A stretch of DNA of 64,000 bases from an uncultured Acidobacteriota bacterium (GTDB lineage: Bacteria; Actinomycetota; Acidimicrobiia; Spongiisociales; ZC4RG35), in contig CAWHEU010000002.1 of assembly GCA_963828465.1 (NCBI GenBank), positions 1 through 64,000 of the forward strand. The letters are read 5' to 3'. Each line of letters begins with the position of its first letter. Within the stretch, counting starts at the first letter, position 1. This document shows, piece after piece, positions 45,115 to 56,017 of the stretch. The notes under the pieces are model-generated. The model had not been told where the DNA came from. It searched no databases and was given only the letters and a program-made list of their open reading frames with translations. The translations under genes and the position numbers were made by a program.

Positions 45115-46425
45115 TACTGAGATTCTGCCTTCTGATCTCGATCTTCTCGATGCGGAGTGGGATGACGACGATGGGCTGCCGGCTGATTTGGAGACGATTC
45201 CACCGGGTCTACTCCTGGCGGTGATCCTGTGCAGTCGGTGGATCGGGATCGGTTGTCTGGTTTTGACCGGGTGCGGCTGTTGAAGGCTGACCAACGGATG
45301 GTGGCTCATTTTCAGGCTCGGGTCTTTGCGGACATCCAATCCGTGTCCGAATCGGTCACCGTGAGTTGGAATTTCCGGACGATCTCGGCCCCCGAGACCT
45401 GTTCGAGACGGCTTCTTCCGAGATGCAGGCGGCGTTGCATCTGACCCGTCGTGCTGCCGACATCCAGGTCGACCTGGCCTACCAACTGAGAGAAAGACTC
45501 CCCAGAGTCTGGGAGGCACTACATCAGGGTCTGATCGATCTGGCTCGGGCTCGGATCCTTTCTGATCTGACTTCACCACTGCCCGAAGAACTGGCCCGGC
45601 AGGTAACTGAGACTGCCCTGGTGCGGGCACCTCATTGACTACCGGTCAACTGCGGGCTCATGTGCAGAGATTGATCATCACCGTCGACCCGGCCGCGGCT
45701 CAGGAACGGTATGAGCAGAGGTTGGAAGAGCGAAGAGTGTTCTCAGAACAGGGTGAGGACGGCACGGCCAATCTCCAGGGTCTCAACCTGCCTCCGGCGG
45801 AGACGACCAGGGCGATGAGACGGATCAACCGCCTCGCCCGAGCATTGAAAGCGAAAGGGGATGGACGGCGGATCGATCAGATCCGGGCCGACATCCTCTT
45901 GGACCTGCTCACCGGGAGGAACCAGGCCGAGCAGGGCTCGGACGGTGACCGGGGCGCGGTCGAGATCAGGGTGGATATGACCACTCTGGCCGGAATCGAC
46001 GATGAACCAGCAGAAATCCCTGGATGGGGTCACGTCGTTGCCGATGTGGCCCGTCACATCGTCGACGAAGCATCCGATGCGGAATGGCGGATCACCATCA
46101 CCGTCGACGAGAACGGCCAACCAGTCAGGTGTGGTCACCACCAGAAGAGACCCACCACCGTACAGAAACGGATCAAGTCGAAACCAGGAATCCGACCTGT
46201 GTCTTCCCCGGATGTCGCATGCCCGCCGCCGAATGTGATCTCAACCATGAGATCCCCTGGGCACAAGCCCACCGGACCACGATCAGAGAACTCGGACCAC
46301 TCTGTCGCCACAATCACAACGACCATCATCGCCACCGGTGGAAACTGAAACAGATCCGACCCGGCGTCTACCACTGGACCAGCCCACTCGGCCACACCTA
46401 CATCACCGGACCCGACCAGCCCTGA
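45107..46425 (+). mobile_element. DUF222 + HNH (13E12-repeat-like) gene, heavily frameshifted
   Basis: RLPRVWEALHQGLID, QIRADILLDLL, PAEIPGWG, CVFPGC..DLNH..LC..WTSPLGHTY. Confidence 0.8.
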
Positions 46426-46429
46426 CCAG

Positions 46430-47588
46430 TCAGGCTCCCCTGACCCACACCCCGACCGTGGTCGGCCGGAGAGTGTCGGTCACCAGGTTCACCCAGTCCG
46501 AGGCCATTCGATCCGGGTCGACCTGATCCTGGAGATGGGATGAGAAGTCATCCATCACCTGTTCCATTTGGTATCGGGAGCGATAGAATCGGCGGTCCAC
46601 CCAGCGTCATCACTCTCCTGCGGACGGGTGCGAACAGCGCCGCTACCGCCAGGGTCGACCCGGCGACGAACAGGGGCGATTGCTCGCCGACGATGCGGGT
46701 GGGTAACCAGACCGCCCCAGCCACGTAGACGGCCCCGAGGATCAGAACCAGGAGTGCGTAGGAGACGGTCCTGCTGACGATCCGATCGAAGTCGTAAAGC
46801 CGGTAGCGGAGCACCGCCACCGCGATCGATGAAGACCAGGACCAGGACCCAGATCGCGAACAAGGCGTTGGCAGCTGGCTCGTTGCCGAGTTCATAGAGA
46901 ATGAGATTGAGTGCCATCCCGACGATCGAGATCGAGAGGGCGCCGGCGAACACCTTCATCTGCTGACGTTCGATGCCTGATGGATCGTCGAAAGCGCATG
47001 ATGGCGCTCACCACCGCTCCGCCGACCGCCGCCAGCATGAGTGCCAGCCCGAGCAGGGAGACCGTGTCGAAGACCTCCGCGGGCACAGGGCAGACCCAGA
47101 GGGAGTGCGATCTCGAACTGGGTGTCGCCGACGGTGACGAGCGTCGATTCCTAGAAGGCGTTGCCGAAGATCAGCATGGCGAGGCCGGCAAACATCACCG
47201 GCGTCACCCATCGGTATCGGGTGGAGAGCAGCCTGCCATCAGGGAATCTGAGCGGCAGTTGGACCAGGATCAGGCCCATGCTCAATGCCCATTGCCAGGT
47301 GCCGAACCAGACACCCCAGCTGGTGAAGGGCTCTCCGATTGCCGCCAACGATTCGCCAAGGACACCCAGGGTGAAAGTCAGGCCGAATCCGGCCAGGATC
47401 AGACCAACCGGGTTGCCCGGCACTCGCCACACCAGGTAGGCGCCGACAACGGCGGGCGATGTGAAGGCAAGCAGTCCCAGGATGTCAACCAAGAGGATCG
47501 GCTCTTCCGAATTCTGCACCGACATGTAGACGAACATGGCCAGTGCCACCAGACCCATCGCCACTCCGAGCCATCGTCGCCACTTCAT
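46430..47588 (-). CDS. Multipass membrane protein resembling a sensor-kinase N-terminal region, no kinase domain (copy 2; frameshifted)
   Basis: PGNPVG, FPDGRL, VAVLRYRLYDFDRIVSRT. Confidence 0.65.
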
Positions 47589-48783
47589 CGGGCCTCACCC
47601 CGCACCCACACTCCAACTCCCGATGGCTGCAGGGTTTTGGTGACCACGGTCGCCCAGTCGTCGGCGAGACGGTCGGCGTCGACCTGATCCCTCAAACGGG
47701 CGGCGAATCCCTCTGCGATCAGTTCGGCGTCATACGACGAGCGGTTGAACCTCCGATCGACCCACCGCATGACCCGTCGTCGCAACGGGTTGAACAGGGC
47801 GGCGACTGCGAGCGTCGATCCGGCCACGAACAGCGGAGTCTGCTCGCCGACGATGCGGGAGGGAAGCCACACCGCCCCGACTCCATAGACGAGGGCCAGG
47901 GCGCCGGCCAGGACTGCATAGGTGACGGTTCGACTGATGAGACGGTCGATCTCGAACAGCCGGTAGCGGAGGATGGCCAGGGTCACCGCGGCGCCGACAA
48001 AGATGCTGAACACGAAATTGAGGACGGAACCGAGCCAGATCGGGCCCCAGCCTTGCGTATCCACGGAGAAGAAGATCACTGCAACTGCCCCCACCCACAG
48101 CAGGACCTTGACCTGCTGCCGCTCGACGCCTTCTCCCCGGCGATAGCGGGCTACCAGCGAGAGCAGGCCGAGGACGATCGCTATCAATAGTCCAGGGACG
48201 ACCACAAACTGGAACACCGCGTTGATGAACTCACCCAAGGCTGGGATGCCCAGAGGATTGGGTGGCACGCCGACGATCGGTTCCGGCTCGACCAGGAAAG
48301 CGGCGGCCAAGAACGTGGCGACCACCGCGGCATTGGTGAACCAAAGCGCCGGTCGCCAGCGAGCCGAGGGCAGATGCCCATCCGGATAGAGCAGCAACAG
48401 GAATGGGATGCTGAATGAGCCTGGGATCCACAACCACAGCGACATCCAACCGACGAGGCCACGATCGGGATTGCACCCCAGCGGTCCATCCCAAAGCGAG
48501 CGAACTCGGAAGCGAGGCCCTCCACCGGAAAGGAGAGACCGGCCAAGAGGACCCACCAGCAAAACGCATTCCTCGGCTGGGAAAGCAGAAGACGCAGTCC
48601 GAGTGTTGCTATCGCCACGAAAGCGAGGTCCTCCATGGCTTGGAGCCAGGGGTTCGCTGCGTCGATCGGATCGACGACGGGGAGGTCGGCATTGGCGAAT
48701 AGCAGAGCCACCTCGACCACGTAGGCGAGGATCGTCACTACCCACAGGGCCCAGGCCAGCCGTCGCCGGCTCGGGTCACTCAT
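47585..48783 (-). CDS. Multipass membrane protein resembling a sensor-kinase N-terminal region, no kinase domain (copy 1; frameshifted)
   Basis: YPDGHLPSARWR, ERQQVK, AILRYRLFEID, VDRRFNR..YDA. Confidence 0.7.
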
Positions 48784-49934
48784 TCTTCATCCCCGAAATA
48801 GTGGCTCGGACTCGTCACGGGACCGTTACGGCGATCGATTTGCCCAAAAGACCGTGATATCGCTGCTCGACGTGATTCTTCAAGCGCCGAAATCGTCTTC
48901 TTGGGCAGCTTCCCGAAGGGTTGGAGTGCGATGCTCCCATCCTCTGTCTCCCAGGTACCCACGATCCGCCCGTTCTCCAGGATCACCGGTGCGATCCAGC
49001 CCGCGGCTTTGGACACCTTGTCGACTTTGCCTTTGGGGATGATGTACTCCCGATGGCTGAGAGGGGCCAAGGTGTATGGATCGAATCCGGGTAACAGATG
49101 AGCCCCCTCGGCCGGCCTCGGCCTTCGCCGCCGCCTTGGCGCCTTCCTTGGTCAGCCACCCCTGATGTCCCTCCGACCTCGACCGATACCAGATTCTCGA
49201 TGAGGGGCTCATCAGCTCTCGGCCGGTCTTCGGGTCGACTCCGAACCATCGGGCGAAGTCGCTGACCGTGGCCGGACCGTTGGCATCGAGAAACCGCTCG
49301 ACGACGACCCGCATCGCCTCCTCGGACCGGGCTCCTCAAGCGAGGCACCCAGCCAGGCGCCGGGATCGACAAAGGTGACATTGCGGCCACGGGGCGGTCC
49401 CTGGGCGAGGAGGCCCCGGTTGGCAGCCGGCTTCAGCACCTGACTCCAGCCGGATGAGAGGGCCTCACCCAGCCCGCGATCACGGGTCTTGGCGACCACG
49501 GCGGCGGTCAACTCCTCACGTGTCATCGGCTCACCGGACATGACCTTCGGGATCGCCCCGGTCAGGGAGTCGAGTTGAGACTTGCTTATCCCGTGGTATT
49601 TCTCCCAGGCTGGGGTGATCTTCCAAGGCCGCTGGCGAAGGGCGGCAATCCAGACGCCGATCTCCGATGCGGGCAGGAGATGGAGCGTTCCCCTCATCGC
49701 CCAGGTCTTCACGAGCCTCCGCTTCTCCCACAACAGATGCTCGATGTCGGCAAGACGCTTGCTCCTGATGGCGACTGCCTGCGCGGCAGAGGAGGCAACC
49801 TGCGCCTGGACGCCCCCAATCTTCGAGATGACCCGCACCGGGTCGGACCCGGGCGAATCGAGGAGCTGTTGACCCAGTCGCCAGGCGAGTGCCTGGTCCC
49901 AGCTGAGTTCGAGCGCAGGTTTCGTTGTGTCATC
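48780..49934 (-). CDS. AlkZ/YcaQ-like winged-helix DNA glycosylase (HTH_42); frameshifted, start approximate
   Basis: GVQAQ (QxQ), WAMRGTLH, GPATVSDFARWFG, GRIVGTW. Confidence 0.75.
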
Positions 49935-49974
49935 GTCAGGTAGTTTCGTGCTACCGCTTCCAACCGGAGACTCC

Positions 49975-50727
49975 ATGTGTTACAACGGCGATGCCCTACC
50001 GCCTGTCGATCCAATCGAGGGTGGCGCCTCGGGTAGCGACCTCGTGCTGGCCTCCGTCGACGGGAATCGGTTCGCCGCGTTCTCGGCCACCAGCGCCGAG
50101 AGCAAAGGCCCGGGCGTCGTCATCCTCCCGGACGTACGTGGGTTGCACCACTTCTACGAGGAGTTGGCGCTCCGTCTTGCCGAGCATGGCTATGACGCGG
50201 TGGCGATCGACTACTTCGGACGGACTGCCGGTGTGGGCAAGAGGAACGATGAATTCGCCTACAAAGAGCACGTCCCTCGGACCACTCTGAAAGGTGTGAC
50301 CGCCGACACCGCAGCTGCCGTGGCCTACCTCCGTGACTTCGACCCGACACGGTCGATCTTCACCCTCGGCTTCTGCTTTGGAGGATCCAACTCCTGGCAT
50401 CAGGCCGCAGCCGGGCACGGCCTCGCCGGGGCCATCGGGTTCTACGGGAACCCTTTGCGCCCACCGAAGGGACCGATGGAAGAAGTGAGCGATTTTGCCT
50501 GCCCCATCCTGGCTTTGATGGGTGGAGATGACCCCGGGATCCCGAACGAGGTGGTCGAGGGGTTCCGGCAGGCGATGGACAATGCCGGCGTGGAGAACGA
50601 GGTGGTCGTCTATTCAGATGCGCCCCACTCCTTTTTCGACCGGCAGCAGGAGAAGTTCGCCAGGGAGTCGGCCGACGCCTGGAGCCGGGTCCTCGAGTTC
50701 ATCGGTCTCCACGCCGAGAGCAAATGA
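49975..50727 (+). CDS. Dienelactone hydrolase family
   Basis: DVRGL, GFCFGG, APHSFFD. Confidence 0.88.
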   Translation: MCYNGDALPPVDPIEGGASGSDLVLASVDGNRFAAFSATSAESKGPGVVILPDVRGLHHFYEELALRLAEHGYDAVAIDYFGRTAGVGKRNDEFAYKEHVPRTTLKGVTADTAAAVAYLRDFDPTRSIFTLGFCFGGSNSWHQAAAGHGLAGAIGFYGNPLRPPKGPMEEVSDFACPILALMGGDDPGIPNEVVEGFRQAMDNAGVENEVVVYSDAPHSFFDRQQEKFARESADAWSRVLEFIGLHAESK

Positions 50728-50780
50728 CGCTTCCCGGCGGAACGGTCACCTTTCTGTTCCTGGACATCGAAGGATCTCCG
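50724..50780 (+). pseudogene. N-terminal stub of a class III adenylate/guanylate cyclase-domain gene
   Basis: MTLPGGTVTFLFLDIEGS, then similarity stops. Confidence 0.55.
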
Positions 50781-50814
50781 GTCTGGGCGCTGAGCTGGCC
50801 GTTGCCGGCTGACG

Positions 50815-51252
50815 ATGGATGTCGACACATCCGACCTATGGACGTGCCCTTCATGTGGCAAGAGGTTTGTCACCCGAAACATGTCGCACTCGTGCGGTCC
50901 TCACACGGTGGAGCAGTTCATGGAGGGCAAGGGGCCGGTGGCTTGGGCCTACTGGGATCGGCTGCAGGAGGTGGTGGCGACCTGTGGCCCCTATTCCATC
51001 GTGGCCAACAAGAGCAGACTCGAGTTCATGGTCCGAGTCCGCTTTGCCGGCATGGACGCAGTCTCTGAACGGGGGATGAGCTTCTCGTTCTGGCTGAAAG
51101 AGCGTCTCGACAGCCCACGAATTCGCCAAAGTCGTTCTCTACGGCCGCACCGACTGGGTGCACCACATCGCGTCGTATCGCTCGACGATCTCGACGATGA
51201 GGTGCAGGGCTGGCTGTGCCGCTCTTATCAGGTCGGCTGTCAATTGGCTTGA
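50815..51252 (+). CDS. Hypothetical protein with N-terminal CxxC (DUF5655-like)
   Basis: WTCPSCGKRF..HSC; DLDDEVQGWL. Confidence 0.6.
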   Translation: MDVDTSDLWTCPSCGKRFVTRNMSHSCGPHTVEQFMEGKGPVAWAYWDRLQEVVATCGPYSIVANKSRLEFMVRVRFAGMDAVSERGMSFSFWLKERLDSPRIRQSRSLRPHRLGAPHRVVSLDDLDDEVQGWLCRSYQVGCQLA

Positions 51253-51261
51253 TCGGCCTCA

Positions 51262-52727
51262 TCACCTGATCCGCAGCGCCTGGATGATCACCTGTCCGAT
51301 GTAGTTCTGTTCAACCACTCCGTGGAAGAGATGCGCCTGTGGTCCCGACGCATAGATCCCCACGTCTTCTCCTGAGTGGGTTTCGGACCCGAGAGGCACG
51401 AGCGAGGGCTGGTAGATAGTCGAGCGAAGTCGACATGGTCTCTCCACCCGCCGCCAGGTCGCTCCGACTCGAGGCAGCGCCCGGCCCGTTGGCGTATGAC
51501 AATGTGGTGTAAGGCAGACCGTCATCGCCGGTGCCGGCGATACCCAGGATGGCATGTCCCCGCTCGGGGTATCCATTGATCGTCAACGTATGACCATGAT
51601 CGGCAGTGACCACGATCAACGTGTCCCGGCCGGTCATGTCGAGCGCCGTCTGTACCGCATCGGAGAAGCGCGACGGTCTCGCCCAGAGCCCGGGCGGCAT
51701 TGCCCTCGTGATGGGCGTGGTCGATCCGGCCACCCTCGACGGTGAGGACGAATCCCCGCCGGTTTCGGCTGAGGAGCTCGATCGCCGTTTCGGTCATCTC
51801 GGCCAAAGAAGGCTCACCGGCGGAGTCGGCAGCCCGGTCTGCCTCGTACTCCATGTGACCGGTCTCGAAGAGGCCGAGGACCTGTCCCGCTCTTCGGGTG
51901 TTGATGTCGTTGAACTGGTCCGCGTTCCCAGAGCCAGTCGGCTCGCGGCCGCGCCGCCCACTCCTCGGCCAGATTCCGTCCATCACCGCGGGTTCCCGTT
52001 GCGCCGCCGTCTTCGGGATCGGCCAGGCTGTTGGGGAGAAAGAACTGGCGGCCACCTCCAAAGACGACGTCGATCCCGTTGCCATATGGAAACTCGACGA
52101 GCTGGCGGGCGATGTCGGGAAAGCCCTCACATGAGGCGATCCCGTCGGCGACGGACTCTGCGACCACGGTGTCATCCTCGAAATCCCGGTTCGGCGTCAC
52201 CGCATAGGACGCAGCCGGAGTGGCATGAGTGATCCGGGCGGTGCTGACGACGCCGGTGGAGAGCTTCATCTCTTCCGCCGCCATCAACCACGTCTTGAGG
52301 GCGTTCCCGGTGCCACAGATGCCGGGCTCTGCCGTCTCGTCCAGATTGATGACGTCGTTGTCGGTCTTGACCCCGGTCATCATGGCCGTGGCGGTGGGCG
52401 CCGAATCGGGCACCTGGAAGTCGGTGCTGTATGTCTTGGAGAGAGCGGTGTAAGGGAGCTCCTCGAAGGACAGCCACCCCTCCTCGCCCTCGGACAGGAT
52501 CGCGCCGCCGTGGCCGTCGAAATTCCCATTCCGTCGCCGACGAAGAGGATGACGTTCTTCGGACGCCGGTCGTTGCTGTTGAGATCAGCGTCGGCCACCG
52601 CCTCCCGGCTGGCGGCGAACCAGTCGTTAGCGGACTGTGAGGCGGGTAAGAGGCGGCTCGCGGCGATGGCTGAGCCAGCTCCAATGAAGAGACTCACCAC
52701 GACTGTGACAACGATCGAGCGTTTCAT
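51262..52727 (-). CDS. Alkaline phosphatase (PhoA family); multiple frameshifts
   Basis: Signal peptide, [40 protein letters not shown]. Confidence 0.88.
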
Positions 52728-52840
52728 CTTCGAACTCCTCGGTTCTCGGACAGGGCTCGACAGTGTATAAACCGCGCACCTTGCAACTGGGTTACAGGTG
52801 ATCGACCGCCGGTCGAATCTCCGGTGCAGCCTTCAGCGGC

Positions 52841-54225
52841 TCAGGACTCGGCGGGTGGGATGTTTTGGTTGAGCCGGAACAGATTCATCGGGTCGTATCG
52901 GTGCTTCACCTCCCGGAGCCGGTCCCAGGTCTGGCCCGGATACGCCTGCCTCACCCTCTCGTTGCCCTCGTCGCCGATGAAGTTGACATAGGCCTCGCCG
53001 TCGTCGCCGAGGGCTGTGGCGAGACCGTCGACCCAAGATTCATGGGTCTTGGCCTCATCCGGCTGCTGGAACATCGACGCGACGTTGAGCATGATCGGCC
53101 GCCGTCGATGGGCGTAGGCCGTTGCACCGTCGGGCACCCGGGAGATGGCGCCGCCCAGAACCCTGATCTGAGTCACCGCCATCGAAGCGCTGGAGTTATT
53201 GACCTGCTCGATGATCGTCATCGCGGCGGCACGATCGAGGTCGTCGACGAAGAAGTTGCGCACGGCGAACACTCCTGGTGGCGGACCCTCCTCTTCTTCC
53301 TCATAGATGCCCGAATAGCGCCCTGGCTCGACCATGTCAAGCAAGGGAGTGGCCAGCTCCCGGAAGGGTGCGACGACGGACTCGCCGGTCTCCGGGTGGC
53401 CGGAATAGACGAGCAGGCCGAAGAGAATCACCTGCCCGTGCAGTTCCTCGGGGAGAAACGGCATCGGCGGCGCCTTCATCACGTTGGCGATCGTGGAGAG
53501 CTCTTCCGGAGCCGCGGCCGCCAATTCGACGAACCCGACAACGGTGTCCGTTGTGGCGGGAAGGATCAGCATCCCGCCCAAGATCTCATCCACTTCTTGC
53601 AGTCGAAACTGGAATCGGGTCGCCACGCCGAAGTTTCCACCCCCGCCACGAATCGCCCAGAAGAGGTCCGGGTGGTTCTCGGCGTCGACACGAAGGACCT
53701 TGCCGTCGGCGGTGACCAGCTCGGCGGCGAGGAGTGAGTCGATCGTCAAGCCGTGCTTTCGTGAGAGAAGCCGACGCCACCTCCAAGGGTGATTCCTCCG
53801 ATTCCGACGGAACCGTTGTCACCGAACCCAACGGCGAGTCCATGCTCGCCGAGGGCATTCGTCAACTCACTGGCGGTCAATCCGGCTTGGGCCCAAACGG
53901 TGCGCTGTTTCGTGTCGACATGTACCCCCTTCATCGCCGATAGATCGAGGACGATCCCTTCATTGGAGGTTCCGTATCCGGCGATGCTGTGGCCGCCGCT
54001 GCGGACAGCCAGCTCTGTTCCGGTATCACGGGCGACGGACACCACGTACGCGACCTCGTTGGAGTCGGTGGGGCGGACGATCACATCCGGCTTGCGATCG
54101 ATGCCGTAGTAGACCGCCCTCGCTTCGTCGTAAGAATCATCTTCTGGTGTGATCACCTCACCATCGAGGACCTCGCGCAGCTTTGAGATCGACAATTCCG
54201 TTGTGGTGATGGATGGGTTCTGCAT
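52841..54225 (-). CDS. FAD-linked oxidase (berberine-bridge-like); frameshift near 53755
   Basis: RSGGHS, DLFWAIRGGGGNFG, YVNF, YDP.N.F. Confidence 0.88.
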
Positions 54226-54280
54226 GGTTACTCCTCTCATCGGCGCGAGTGGATAGCTGTGGGGTTACCCCTTCGATTCA

Positions 54281-54307
54281 GACCGCAATTGGAGCCAGAA
54301 TTCATCG
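54281..54307 (-). promoter_or_regulatory. SigG-type ECF promoter
   Basis: CGATGA-N18-GTC, divergent from the sigG-like gene. Confidence 0.65.
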
Positions 54308-54386
54308 CGAGATGAGCGAGGTCATCCGGCAGAGGGTGTATTCCCTGTCCGACCGAAGGTGTAGATGACCCATACTGGGGGTGCAC

Positions 54387-55384
54387 ATGACCGAATCGAC
54401 AGCGACCGAAGCCAGGAGCGACGCACCTTCCTTCGAGGACCTGGAGCAATATCGGCGCGAGCTCACCGGCTACGCCTACCGGATGCTCGGTTCCTCATTC
54501 GAGGCAGAGGATGCGGTCCAGGAGAGCTTGATCAGGGCTTGGAGGGCCAGCGACCGATTCGAGGGTCGCTCGTCCCTGAGGACTTGGCTCTACCGAATAA
54601 CGACCAATGTCTGCTTCGACATGCTCGCGGGCAGGGAGCGTCGAGCTCGCCCCATGGACCTCGGGCCCGCCTCCACCGCCGACACAACGCTGCCGGCCCC
54701 GCTGCCCGAGATCACCTGGATCGAGCCTGCCCCCGACAGCATCATTCTTTCCACGGCCACCGATCCGGCCGACGTCGCGAATGTCCGCGGGAATCAGTGC
54801 GTCTCGCCTTGATCACAGCTCTGCAACGTCTTCCCGCCCGACAGCGGGCGGTCTTGATTCTGCGCGAGGTGCTCCGCTGGAAGGCGGAGGAGGTCGCCGA
54901 TCTGCTCGAAACCACGGTGGCCTCGGTCAACAGCGCATTGCAGCGGGCACGAGCGACGCTGTCGGAGATCGAGCCGGCCGAATCGGACCCCTTCCTTCCC
55001 ATGGACGACGAGCAAAAGGCCCTGCTCAGTCGGTATGTCGACGCCTTCGAGAGGTACGACCTCGACTCCCTGGTCACCCTGCTTCACGACGATGTGGTGC
55101 AGTCGATGCCACCCTATGACCTCTGGCTTCGGGGACATGGGGATATCAGGGGTTGGTTCCTGGGCACAGGCATCGGTTGTCGCGGCTCGATCGTCATCCC
55201 CGTCGAGCCGGCCAATGGGCTGCCCGCCTTCGGTCAGTACAAACCAGGACCCGACGGCGGCTACGTGCCCTGGGCGATTCAGGTCCTCGAGATATCACAG
55301 GGCAGGATCGCCGGGCTCAATTTCTTCCTCGACACCGACCGGTTGTTCCCTCTCTTCGGGTTGCCCCTGGTCTACGAGGGGTAG
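54387..55384 (+). CDS. ECF sigma factor with C-terminal SnoaL-like extension (SigG-like); frameshift near 54790
   Basis: AYRMLGSSFEAEDAVQE, RTWLYRI, VNSALQRAR, SMPP, ANGLPAFGQY, LFGLP. Confidence 0.88.
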
Positions 55385-55582
55385 GACCCCGCCCAAGCCG
55401 CAAAGACGGAGCAACTCCCGCAGCCCCGGTGAGGCATTCCGGAACTCGACCGCATATCCCTGGTCGGCGAGGGCGAGCCGAAAGCGGCAAAGTGCCTCGA
55501 CCGTGGCCAGATCGGGCGACATGAGTCCGCCCATGTCACAAACCAGGGCAGGCCTTCTCGATTTTGTTTCTGCGTCCAACAC
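55295..55582 (-). CDS. Small STAS-like protein overlapping the sigG-like 3' end
   Basis: VCDMGGL..PDLATVEAL..LRELLRLCGL; preceded by AGATGA-N18-GTC. Confidence 0.65.
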   Translation of the reverse strand: MLDAETKSRRPALVCDMGGLMSPDLATVEALCRFRLALADQGYAVEFRNASPGLRELLRLCGLGGVLPLVDQGQPEEREQPVGVEEEIEPGDPAL

Positions 55583-55588
55583 GATTGA

Positions 55589-55615
55589 GACTCTCCCATC
55601 CGGGGAAACTCATCT
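55589..55615 (-). promoter_or_regulatory. SigG-type ECF promoter (leaderless STAS gene)
   Basis: AGATGA-N18-GTC, 6 nt before GTG 55582. Confidence 0.55.
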
Positions 55616-55638
55616 CATAAGGACCACAGGAGGTGGTT

Positions 55639-56007
55639 ATGTTCGAAAAGACCAAGGCTTTCAGCGGCTTCTCCGTCGACGATATTGCGAAAGCACGCGA
55701 GTTCTATGGAGAGACTCTCGGTCTGGATGTCGATGAGGACAACGGCATGCTTGCCATCCACATCGCCGACGGCGGGGACATCATGGCGTATCCCAAAGAG
55801 GACCACGCCCCGGCGACCTTCACCATTCTCAACTTCCCGGTGGACGACATCGATCAGGCCGTGGACGACCTGGGGAAGCGAGGCGTGTCGTTCGAGCGTT
55901 ATCCACAATTCGAGCAGGACGAAAAGGGGATCATGCGCAGCGATGGCCCCCCGATCGCCTGGTTCCTGGACCCTGCCGGAAACGTTCTCTCAGTCCTGGA
56001 GGAATAG
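55639..56007 (+). CDS. VOC/glyoxalase-family protein
   Basis: [24 protein letters not shown]; AGGAGG RBS. Confidence 0.88.
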   Translation: MFEKTKAFSGFSVDDIAKAREFYGETLGLDVDEDNGMLAIHIADGGDIMAYPKEDHAPATFTILNFPVDDIDQAVDDLGKRGVSFERYPQFEQDEKGIMRSDGPPIAWFLDPAGNVLSVLEE

Positions 56008-56017
56008 GAATCCCTGC

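Noticed and set aside
46600-47980. Similar DNA blocks near 46620-46810 and 47770-47975 as a possible repeat array
   Set aside because: Explained by paralogy of the two membrane-protein genes
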